Source of the DNA: Pirellulales bacterium
Lineage (GTDB): Bacteria > Planctomycetota > Planctomycetia > Pirellulales > UBA1268
Assembly: GCA_044376405.1 (NCBI GenBank)
Contig: JBILKZ010000003.1
Location: 4,895 to 68,894, forward strand
Direction: 5' to 3'
DNA length: 64,000 bases
The notes under the pieces were generated by a model that had not been told where the DNA came from, ran no database searches, and saw only the letters and a list, made by a program, of their open reading frames with translations. This document shows, piece after piece, positions 8,137 to 17,500 of this stretch. Each line of letters begins with the position of its first letter. Position 1 is the first letter of the stretch. Both the position numbers and the translations under genes were made by a program.

Positions 8137-10656
8137 ATGGCCGAGAACCCCGCCCACATCCGGGCCGACGTGCTGGCGAAGACGGCGGCGGCCCAAGCCG
8201 GCGCGGCCGAGGCGGCAAGCAAAGGCTGGCAGCCGGGCAAGGAGATCCTGAAGAAGGGCCGCTTCGTGATCTTTGCCGGGCACGGGCATGTGTATGCGCT
8301 TGCCGAGCCGCTCGTGAGCGATGCCCAGGGGGCGGCGGTGCTCAAGCTCGCCGAGCCGCTTGTCGAACCTGTAAAGGAAGGCGAGACCGTCGCCGAAGTC
8401 CAATTGAAGATGGATTTCTGGTCCGCCGCCGATCCGGCGATCTGGGAGCAGGCCGGTGGGGACTTCGTGCGGGAAACCGCGGGTTACGGCGCCAATGCCG
8501 AGACCTGGAAGATGATGAAGGAGATCTATCCGAATCCGCCCCACGTGCAGATCGTCAGCAACAACGAGGGCGGCCGCAAAGTCGGCATCGGCGAATCGGG
8601 CGTGAGCTGGCATGCCCAGAACCAGAAGCTGGAAAAGGAGGCCGCCAGACAGGCCTATGTGAAGGGGTATGTGGAGAAGATGTCGGCCTACCTGCGCGGC
8701 ATCCGCAAGGCGCTGCCCTGGCCGGAGTCGACGGTGAAATGCATCGCCTACAACGGATTCGGCGTGAACTTCGAGGTCGGCCGCTGGGGCGGCTGGCAAG
8801 GGGGCGCGATTCCTTTCAAGCACGTCGACATGTATCCCTGGCTTGCCTGGGACGGTTCGGCGCCCGACTTTTACTGCTACGACTGGAACTACGCCACCGA
8901 CGAGCACGTCGGCTCGCCGCATATCGGCGCGATGCAGGCCTACACGATGCTCGCGCCGCGGGCCGAGGCCCAGGTGCCGGGCTACCAATGGCAACTGGCG
9001 ATCTGGGACGGCGGACAGAAAAAGCGGTACTCGTATGCCCGCTGGGGTGAACTCACCCGGACTCGCGACATCGGGAAGACCGCAACGGCGATCACCGCCA
9101 GCGGCGCCCTGAAGCTGCCGATCGAGGACGCGAAACCCGGCGCGCTGATCTTGGAGCAGGGCGACTTCTTTTCGATCGAGGGGCATTCGGACTACCAGCC
9201 CGCCCTCTGCACGGCACAGTTCGACGAGGTTTCTCTGCCGGGCGAGGCCGGTGGCGGCATCGGCCTCTTCGCATCCTCCGCCGACATCGGACCGGTGGGC
9301 CTTCCCGGCAAGGCAGCCTTCGCCGACGGCGTCTATATGGTGACAGGAGCGGGCCAGGGGTTTGATCAACGGTCGGCGAAGCCCGATGGCTTTCACTACC
9401 TCTATCGCCCCCTGCCAGAAGACGGCACAGTGTCTGCCCGGGTGAAGGCGATGGATAATCCCGTCGCCGCAATGCGGCCGGCCGCGACCGCGTATGTGCC
9501 CAACACACCCGGCGCCGACTATGCCGATCCCGCCGCGGCGGCGCTCCAGAAGGAGTTCGATGAGAAGCAGTCCAAGGTGGAAGGCACGGCGGCAGCCGGG
9601 GTCATGATCCGGGCGTCCAACGCCCCCGGCGCCCCGTTCGTCATGCTCTGCCAGCGGGGCACGCGGGTGTTTTTGATTCTTCGTCGCGATAAAGAGCAGC
9701 GGGCGGTGTTCACGCTCGTCACCGACAAAATCAATGCCGCCACCAAATGGCTGCGGCTCGAGCGCAAGGGGGATGATGTCGTGCCGGCCTATTCCACCGA
9801 TGGCGCGTCGTGGACGACTGTCGAACCGGTGAAGGTAAAGCTCGGCAAGGAGCCTTTGGCCGGCCTGGCGGTGACCTGCAGCAATTCGACACCCTTCAAG
9901 CTTCAAGTGTATAGCGCCGCCGCGGACGTCCGCGCCGATGCCGACGGGAAAGCCGTCATTCCCGTTGGAACACTGCAAGGCGGTCCGATTCTCATCAACG
10001 CCCATTTCAAGCCGATCGCCCAGGGGGCGAAGGTCTATTTCCACAACTACATGGACCGCTACGAGGGGCTCTGCAATGCCGCCCTCTGGCTCACGCGGCC
10101 GCGGATCATCCGCGAGTTCGGATGGGGCGACTTCAACGGCCAGGTCGACCGGCAGTGGAAGACGCTGATGCGGGCCGTCGACCGGGTGTGGACCGATCCC
10201 GTGCTCACGCGGTTTTGGCGCAAGGGCACGCTCGTGGTCAACCCGGACTACGAGGCGGCGACGGGCGTGAAGCATCCCCTCTGGGAGCTGACCGACCTCG
10301 ACAAGTCGGGAAAGGTCGGCCCCTGGCTTGAACTATGGAAGAAACAGGATCGTTTTCATCAATTGACCGTTCCCATCAATCCGCCCTTCGCGAAGTGGCC
10401 GCAGGTGTATCAGGTCGCTTTCCAGGCGAATCCCGATGACGAAGACGCGGTCATCAAGGTCTGGGCCTTCGCCTACGAGCTGGGCCAGACGCCCGACCGC
10501 GAGTGGCTGCTCTACGTGCAGTCGCCCCGCGAAGACCGCAAGGCGGTCGAAGTGAAGGTGCCCGGCTTCGGCGACGTCAGCGTCGACGTGCCCCGCACCG
10601 GCGCGTTCTATCACCTGAGCGAAGGCCACCCGGCCCCCACCCGCGTTAGCCAATAA
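8137..10656 (+). CDS. hypothetical 839-aa protein with a central concanavalin/LamG-like (DUF1349-type) segment
   Basis: The ORF-track start (7876) lies inside the IS. The first in-frame ATG after the IS end is 8137 (MAENPAHIRADV). No signal peptide. The central segment GLFASSADIGPVG...DGFHYLYRPLPEDGTVSARV...WLRLERKGDDVVPAYSTDGASWT looks like a beta-sandwich lectin/glucanase-type domain. This assignment is tentative. Confidence 0.65.
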   Translation: MAENPAHIRADVLAKTAAAQAGAAEAASKGWQPGKEILKKGRFVIFAGHGHVYALAEPLVSDAQGAAVLKLAEPLVEPVKEGETVAEVQLKMDFWSAADPAIWEQAGGDFVRETAGYGANAETWKMMKEIYPNPPHVQIVSNNEGGRKVGIGESGVSWHAQNQKLEKEAARQAYVKGYVEKMSAYLRGIRKALPWPESTVKCIAYNGFGVNFEVGRWGGWQGGAIPFKHVDMYPWLAWDGSAPDFYCYDWNYATDEHVGSPHIGAMQAYTMLAPRAEAQVPGYQWQLAIWDGGQKKRYSYARWGELTRTRDIGKTATAITASGALKLPIEDAKPGALILEQGDFFSIEGHSDYQPALCTAQFDEVSLPGEAGGGIGLFASSADIGPVGLPGKAAFADGVYMVTGAGQGFDQRSAKPDGFHYLYRPLPEDGTVSARVKAMDNPVAAMRPAATAYVPNTPGADYADPAAAALQKEFDEKQSKVEGTAAAGVMIRASNAPGAPFVMLCQRGTRVFLILRRDKEQRAVFTLVTDKINAATKWLRLERKGDDVVPAYSTDGASWTTVEPVKVKLGKEPLAGLAVTCSNSTPFKLQVYSAAADVRADADGKAVIPVGTLQGGPILINAHFKPIAQGAKVYFHNYMDRYEGLCNAALWLTRPRIIREFGWGDFNGQVDRQWKTLMRAVDRVWTDPVLTRFWRKGTLVVNPDYEAATGVKHPLWELTDLDKSGKVGPWLELWKKQDRFHQLTVPINPPFAKWPQVYQVAFQANPDDEDAVIKVWAFAYELGQTPDREWLLYVQSPREDRKAVEVKVPGFGDVSVDVPRTGAFYHLSEGHPAPTRVSQ

Positions 10657-10687
10657 AAGTGGACGCAGCTCTTTTCGTCCCCCGGTT

Positions 10688-11620
10688 ATGATCGTGATGC
10701 CTTATGATGGAGAAATGAGCTGCGTCCCCTTTTTGCTCTTTTTGCTCTTCGCGGCGACTGGGCTCGCACGAGCAGACGACACCGCCCCGGTGTTCATGGC
10801 GGACCGAGGCACTTGGCAGCACCGCATCGAAAGCCCGTACCTTTCGGGAACGAACCTCGTCGAGGTGCTCCTGCCGGATGCCTATGCGAACGATGACACG
10901 ACGAGGTTTCGCGTGGTCTACGTGCTGCCGGTCGAGCCCGGTGAGCAGCGGCGGTGGGGCGATGGGCTCAAGGTGATCCGCGAACTCGGCCTGCACAATC
11001 GCCACAAGCTGATCTGCGTCACGCCCACGTTCGATACGACCCCCTGGTATGGCAACCACGCCACCGACCCGAGGACACGGCACGAAGACCACCTGATGAA
11101 GGTCGTGCTGCCGCTCGTCGAGTCGCATTATCGCACGGCAGAAGGGCCGGACGGCCGACTCCTGCTCGGATTCAGCAAGTCGGGCTGGGGGGCGGTCTCC
11201 ATCATGCTCAGACATGGCGACGCATTCGGCGCCGCGGCGAGTTGGGACGCCCCGCTCATGTTCACCGAGAAGCAGTTTGGCATCTGGGAGACGGGCAGGA
11301 ACTTCGGCACCCCGGAGACGATGGCCACGCACCTGCCCACGGCTCTGCTACGGCAGCATGCAGGGGAGTTTCAAGACAAGCCGCGGCTGGTGATCACGGG
11401 GAAGGCGTCCTTCGGCACCAATGGCGATCCGCGGTTTCCCTACGACGGACCGTCCCACACCGAGGCCTTTCACGAACTGGCTGACTCGCTCGGCGTGAAA
11501 CACGCCTTCCGCGCCGACATCAAGGCCACACACTCGTGGAATAAGGACTGGGTCGAGCCGGTCGTGGGTATACTGGTCGTCCTTGGGGTGGATGCCGCTC
11601 CACCACCGGGCGGCTCGTGA
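10688..11620 (+). CDS. alpha/beta hydrolase, putative esterase family
   Basis: Nucleophile elbow GFSKSGWG lies in an esterase-like context (YVLPVEPGEQ...LLLGFSKSGWGAVS). An alternative start at 10715 gives the signal peptide MSCVPFLLFLLFAATGLARA. Confidence 0.8.
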   Translation: MIVMPYDGEMSCVPFLLFLLFAATGLARADDTAPVFMADRGTWQHRIESPYLSGTNLVEVLLPDAYANDDTTRFRVVYVLPVEPGEQRRWGDGLKVIRELGLHNRHKLICVTPTFDTTPWYGNHATDPRTRHEDHLMKVVLPLVESHYRTAEGPDGRLLLGFSKSGWGAVSIMLRHGDAFGAAASWDAPLMFTEKQFGIWETGRNFGTPETMATHLPTALLRQHAGEFQDKPRLVITGKASFGTNGDPRFPYDGPSHTEAFHELADSLGVKHAFRADIKATHSWNKDWVEPVVGILVVLGVDAAPPPGGS

Positions 11621-11700
11621 CATCGCAATCGCATCACGCGGCCCACGACGTTCCAGCCGCAGGCCGCGTCAATGCGGCCATGCTCGTAAAAAGTGAATCC

Positions 11701-13389
11701 ATGAGACACCTCTTTGCATTGATCGTTGCCGTTCTCCTCGTGCCCCTCCGGGCCGCGGAGCCGGCGCAGCCCGTCGAGCCGATCCGCGACATCGTGATCT
11801 ACGGCGGCACGAGCGGCGCAGTGGTGGCGGCCGTCCGCGCGGCGATGCTCGGATCGAGCGTGGTGATCGTCTCGCCCGACAAGCATCTCGGCGGGCTCTC
11901 CAGTGGCGGACTCGGCTACACCGACAGCGGCAACACCCGCGCGATCGGCGGCCTCGCGAGGGAATTTTATCGCCGCGTCTGGACGCACTATCAGTCACCC
12001 GAGTCATGGAAATGGCAGCCGCGGGAATCCTTCGCTGGGCTCGGGCAGGGCGTGAAGAAGACCGACGTGGGCGACAACTCGATGTGGCTCTTCGAGCCGC
12101 ACGTCGCTGAACAGATTTTTGATCGGTGGCTCGAGGAGAAGGGCGTGACGGTGGTCCGCGAGGCCCTGCTCGACCGCGAGAAGGGAGTCGAGATGGGGCC
12201 GCTAGGCGGGGCGGCCGTGGGCCCGCGAATCGTGGCAATCACGACGCTCGCCGGGCCGTCTGGGCCGGCCCGGCGTTTCGCTGGAAAAGTCTTCATCGAT
12301 GCCACCTACGAGGGCGACCTGATGGCGGCGGCCGGCGTGAAGTATCACGTGGGACGCGAGGCGAATAGCGTCTACGGCGAGGAGTGGAACGGCAACCAGG
12401 TGGGCATCCTCCACCACAAACACCACTGGGCGATGCCGGTCGATCCGTTCAAGCAGCCGAGGAATCCCGCCAGTGGACTCCTCCCACTCATCTCCGCCGA
12501 TCCGCCAGGCACGCGAGGCGAGGGCGATGCCCGGGTGCAGGCCTACTGCTTCCGCATGTGCCTCACCGATCACCCCGACAACCGCGTGCCGTTTGCCAAG
12601 CCCGCCGGCTACGACCCTGGCACGTATGAACTGCTCGCGCGGACGTTGGCCGCCGGCTGGCGGGAAGTGTTTCAGAAGTTCGATCCCATCCCAAACCGCA
12701 AGACCGACACCAACAACCACGGTCCCTTCAGCTTCGACCACATCGGCGCCAACTACGACTACCCCGAGGCGTCGCACGAGCGGCGGCGGGAAATCATCGC
12801 CGACCACGCCGCGTATCAGCTGGGGCTGCTCTGGTTTCTCGCGCACGACGAACGCGTGCCGGCCGACATCCGCGCAAGAATGCAGACCTGGGGCCTTCCC
12901 AAGGACGAGTATGCCGGCAACGGCCACTGGTCGCCGCAACTCTACATCCGTGAGGCGAGGCGGATGCTCGGCGACGACGTGCTCACCGAGCACGAGTGTC
13001 TCGGCCACCGCGACGTGAAAAAGCCGATCGGCATGGGCTCCTACACGCTCGACTCGCACAACGTCCGCCGCTATGTGACGCCCGATGGCACCGTGCAGAA
13101 CGAGGGCGACATCGGCGTCAAGCCGAAGCAGCCCTACCAGATCGGCTACGGGTCGCTCGTGCCGAAGAAGGCAGAGTGCACGAACCTGCTCGTGCCGGTC
13201 TGCCTGTCGGCAAGCCACATTGCCTACGGGTCGGCACGTATGGAGCCAGTCTTCATGCTGCTCGGTGATGCGGCTGCAAACGCTGCCGTGCTCGCGGCCC
13301 GCGCTGGATCAGCCGTGCAAGACGTCGACTATCCTTCGCTCCGTGGCCTGCTCGAATCGCAGAGCCAGGTGCTCGCACTTCCCCAATGA
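11701..13389 (+). CDS. FAD-dependent oxidoreductase (secreted)
   Basis: Rossmann dinucleotide motif IVIYGGTSGAVVAAVRAA...VSPDKHLGGLSSGGLGYTD. The start is moved from 11617 to the ATG giving the signal peptide MRHLFALIVAVLLVPLRAAEP. Confidence 0.8.
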   Translation: MRHLFALIVAVLLVPLRAAEPAQPVEPIRDIVIYGGTSGAVVAAVRAAMLGSSVVIVSPDKHLGGLSSGGLGYTDSGNTRAIGGLAREFYRRVWTHYQSPESWKWQPRESFAGLGQGVKKTDVGDNSMWLFEPHVAEQIFDRWLEEKGVTVVREALLDREKGVEMGPLGGAAVGPRIVAITTLAGPSGPARRFAGKVFIDATYEGDLMAAAGVKYHVGREANSVYGEEWNGNQVGILHHKHHWAMPVDPFKQPRNPASGLLPLISADPPGTRGEGDARVQAYCFRMCLTDHPDNRVPFAKPAGYDPGTYELLARTLAAGWREVFQKFDPIPNRKTDTNNHGPFSFDHIGANYDYPEASHERRREIIADHAAYQLGLLWFLAHDERVPADIRARMQTWGLPKDEYAGNGHWSPQLYIREARRMLGDDVLTEHECLGHRDVKKPIGMGSYTLDSHNVRRYVTPDGTVQNEGDIGVKPKQPYQIGYGSLVPKKAECTNLLVPVCLSASHIAYGSARMEPVFMLLGDAAANAAVLAARAGSAVQDVDYPSLRGLLESQSQVLALPQ

Positions 13390-13397
13390 CCGTCGTG

Positions 13398-14357
13398 CTA
13401 CCGGGGCTTCAAGTGGCGGTCGAAGAACTCGATCACCGCCGGCCGGAGATCCCGCTGCGCCGGCTGCAGGTGGAATGCGTGCGCAGCCCCTTCGACGACG
13501 ATCAGTTCGCAGGGCACACCCGCGGCCCGCGCCGCCTCCATGAGACTGGTGGACTGAGCCAGCGGCGTGGTCTTGTCGGCCGTGCCATGCAGCAAGAGCA
13601 TCGGCGGGTCTTCACGAGAAATGTTCTTGATGGGCGAGGCTGAGTCCCAGAGTTCGGGAGCCTCGGCGTGGGGCTTTACGAACATCGGCAGGTTGTCGTA
13701 TGTCTGCAACGGCGTGCCCCCCTGCCAGGTCGAGGCGCAGTGCGGATAGAGCGGCACCGCCGCCTGGATGCGGCAGGAGAATTCCGCATCCTCCGCCGGG
13801 TCGAGGCCACATTCCGGTCCGCTGACGGCCAGCAACGCCGTCAGGTGACCGCCGGCGGAGCCGCCGATCGCTCCGATGTGCGCGGCGTCCAACTGTAACC
13901 TGTCGGCGTGCTTCCGCAGCCAGCGGACGGCACGTTTGGCTTCCTGGATGTTGGCCGGAAACGTGGGCATGCCGGGCTTCGCCAGCTGGTAGTTGATCGA
14001 CATGCAGACATACCCCTGCCCCGCCAGCGTCGTCGCGATATTGATCTCCCGGGCGGCCGCCTTGTCGCCACCCGTCCATCCTCCACCGTGAATGATGACG
14101 ACACCGGGAACCTTTTTCCCCGGCTCCATGACAGCGGGCAGGTAGAGATCCGCCTTTTCAGACCGATCACCGCCGAGATAGGCAACGTCTTTCTCGACCC
14201 GCACCTCCGCCGCCACGCCGGCCACGCCGGCCACGGCGAGCATCGCCGCGAGCAGTGACGCGAACGCGGCCACGACCATCGGCAGCCAAGAACCACGACG
14301 CCAGCAATCACGAGTCCTGGAATGACGATGAACGATCGACAGGTTTTTTTCGCACAT
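13398..14357 (-). CDS. alpha/beta hydrolase fold-3 type esterase/lipase
   Basis: HGGG oxyanion motif (VVIIHGGGWTGGDK), nucleophile elbow IGGSAGGHL and LLLHGTADKTTP. The N-terminus is hydrophobic. The start may instead be the internal Met at 14279. Confidence 0.85.
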   Translation of the reverse strand: MCEKNLSIVHRHSRTRDCWRRGSWLPMVVAAFASLLAAMLAVAGVAGVAAEVRVEKDVAYLGGDRSEKADLYLPAVMEPGKKVPGVVIIHGGGWTGGDKAAAREINIATTLAGQGYVCMSINYQLAKPGMPTFPANIQEAKRAVRWLRKHADRLQLDAAHIGAIGGSAGGHLTALLAVSGPECGLDPAEDAEFSCRIQAAVPLYPHCASTWQGGTPLQTYDNLPMFVKPHAEAPELWDSASPIKNISREDPPMLLLHGTADKTTPLAQSTSLMEAARAAGVPCELIVVEGAAHAFHLQPAQRDLRPAVIEFFDRHLKPR

Positions 14358-14533
14358 GATGACCCCCTCTGGAAAAGCGACGTTCGCCGGCAGTATCTGG
14401 TTTCGCGCACGCCGGCGAAAGGGTGGCCTTGAACGGGGCTTTTTTGCTCACCACCGCCGCACTGCCGGTGAACTATCATAGGAGGCGATGGCGACAGTCT
14501 CTGCAGCGGTCTCCCCTGGGCTCGGTCGACACG

Positions 14534-17500
14534 ATGGGCGGAACACCGACACACACAAGGGCATGGCATTCTGCACCCGCATGGGGAGCGGCCCTGCTGC
14601 TCGCCTCCACTGCCTTCGGCGCAGACCCCGTGATCACAGCCGTTCGGCCGCTGACGCTCTCCTCGGGAACGTCCACCTCTCTGGTGATCCAGGGCAAGAA
14701 CCTGACGGCTCCCCTGCGGCTCAAGGCCAGCCGTTCGACCGTGTCGATCCCGGTCGAAAAGGTCGAGCCTGAAACGGCCCTCGCGACGGCGACTCTGCCG
14801 GCCAACGCCTCGCTGGGGCCGCTCGCAGCATGGCCGTCGACAGCGGCCGGGCCGCTGCCACCGATCGTCATGCTGATCGATGATCTGCCGGTCCATACCG
14901 ACAACGGGAACAACCACACCCGCGACACGGCGCAGTTCCTCCCCTCCTTGGCCTGCGTCGACGGGACGAGCGACGGCGGGAAGAGCGACATGTATCGGTT
15001 CCAGGTGCAGGCCGGCCAACGTGTCGCCGTCGAGGTACTCACGCTGCCGATCCGCTCCACGATGGATCCGGTGGTGAGGCTTGTCGATGCCGACGGCACC
15101 GTGCTGGCCATGGCCGACGACGGGGCCGCAGGACCGGAATGCCGGCTGAGCCACACGTTCGCCAAGACGGGTGACTGCTGGCTCGAGATTCGCGACAATT
15201 CCTATAAGACCGGGGCGGGCTACCACCTGCGGCTCGGCGATTTCTCGATCATCAGCCATGCGTTTCCACTCGCCGTGCAGCGAGGCACCACCACCCGGAT
15301 CGGCTTCACCGGCGCTGACGGTGCCGCGGCGGTCGTGAGCGAGGTCACCGTTGCCAGCGATTGCGAGGACTCCTCGCTCACCGTCGCCGCACGGCTGCCC
15401 GGCGGACGATCGTCGGCGTGGGCACGCGTGCTCGTGCACGACACGCCGCAGGTCGTCGAACCTGCAGACAGCCGAGGGATGACGGCTGCCCACACGATCC
15501 CAGTGGGCATCAGCGGTCGCCTGGACAATGCTGGCGAGCGCGACAGCTATCGCCTGATGGGTACGAAGGGACACGCCGTGCGGATTTCAGCCCGCACCCG
15601 CAGCCTCGGCTGCGCGACCGTGCCACGGATGCGGCTGCTCAGCGTGGGCTCGAATGCGTCCGACGCCGCATCCAACAAACTGCTTGCAGAAAGCGACCTC
15701 AGAAACTCCGCTGAATCAACGCTCGACTTCACGTTTCCGGAGGACGGCGAATACCGCCTCGAGGTGTCCGATCTCGCGGGCCGTGGCGGGCACGGATTCG
15801 GTTATTTTCTCGCCGTGCAGCGGGTACCGCCCGTGGTGGTCGAACTCAAGCCAGTCGTGGCGACAAGGGAAAGCTTTGCAATCGAAGCCGACCGTGGATG
15901 CGCGGCCGTGGACGTGAAGGTCACGCGGGCTGGATACGACGGTGAGGTCGTGATCTCGCTCGCCGGAGAAGTGCCGGGCCTGCGGGTCGTGAATCCCGTG
16001 ATCCCGGCCAAGACAACAGAAGCGCGGGTGTATCTGGCAGCCGATGCAGGCTGGACGGAAGAGTCCTCCGCGTTGGTACGACTGCGGGCCGAGTGTCTGG
16101 GACAGCCGTCGAGTTTGAACTCCGTCGGCAGCACGGCCGTGCGGCGTCTCAAGGAGCCGCATGTTCCCTTTCCACCGGACTGGGCCGACGGCGTGCTCAG
16201 CATCGCCGGGGTGAAGGCCGGCGAGGCGTTGTTCGCCATCGAGCCACTCGCCCCGGTGAGTTTCACCCGCGGAACGGCCAAGCAGGAGATCAAGCTGCCG
16301 CTCAAACGTCTGGATCCGGCATTTACGGGTGTCGTCACGATCTTCGGCAGCAGCCTGCCCAAGGGTTTCTCACTGACGAGCACCTTCGACAAGGAATTGT
16401 GCCAGATCACGCTCACGGGCACCGCGACCGACGGCAGCGAACCCACGTCGATGCGGCTCTTCGCCGTGGCAGAACAGAAAAACCGCGGGCAGATCGAGCA
16501 GGTCAACCTGCCTGTCATGTGGAGCGATCCGGTACAGCCACCCGCCACCGACGCCCAAAAGACCAACCAACCCAGTGAAGCCAACAAACCCAGTGAAGCC
16601 AACAAACCCAGTGAAGCCAACAAACCCAGTCAAACCAACCAAGAAGCCAGTCCGCCGACGCAGATCGCCGCGGCAACCGTCACTGGCACGCCACCCTTCG
16701 ACGTTTTTCCACACACGATCGCCCTCGATGGGGCCAGGGACCGGCAACAGGTCGCCGTGACGAGCGTCGATGCAGCCGGATTGTCGCGGGATCTCACGCG
16801 GCAGGTGAGCATCGTCGTGGCGAACGAGTCCGTCGCCACGGTTCGCGGTACCGTGATCATCCCGGCAGGTGACGGCACGACAGAAGCGGTCATCACACTG
16901 AACGGGAGTCGGGTGACCGTCCCGATCACGGTCACACACCATGCGGTGGCGCGGCCCCGGCAGTTCGAGAATGAGGTGCTCGTGGCGTTGTCGAAACAGA
17001 CCTGCAGTTCCGGCGCCTGCCACGGCTCCCCCAGCGGCAAGGGTGGCTTCCGGCTCTCGCTCCGCGGCTTCGACGAGCCGTTCGATGAAACGACGCTCAT
17101 CCGCGAGGATTTCGGTCGCCGCGTGAATCCCCTGGAGCCCGAGGCGAGCCTCCTTCTGCGGAAGCCGCTCATGAAGCTAGCGCACGGCGGTGGCAGGCAG
17201 CTCCTGCCGAGGGACGAGGCGTATGCGATCCTCCGCGACTGGATCGCGGAGGGCGCCAAGGCCGACCCGCCCGATACACCGCGGTGCGTGCGGCTCGCGG
17301 TCACTCCGGGAACCAGGCAGGTGCAGCAATTGGAGGCCGGCGGCCGTCAGCTCGTCGCCATCGCACACTTCTCCGACGGGTCGTCCCGCGACGTCACCCA
17401 TCTCGCCGCGTATGAGAGTTCCCACACAGGCGTCGCAACGGTCGATGCCCATGGATGGACGACGCCGCACCGGCGGGGCGAGGCCGTGATCCTCGTCCGC

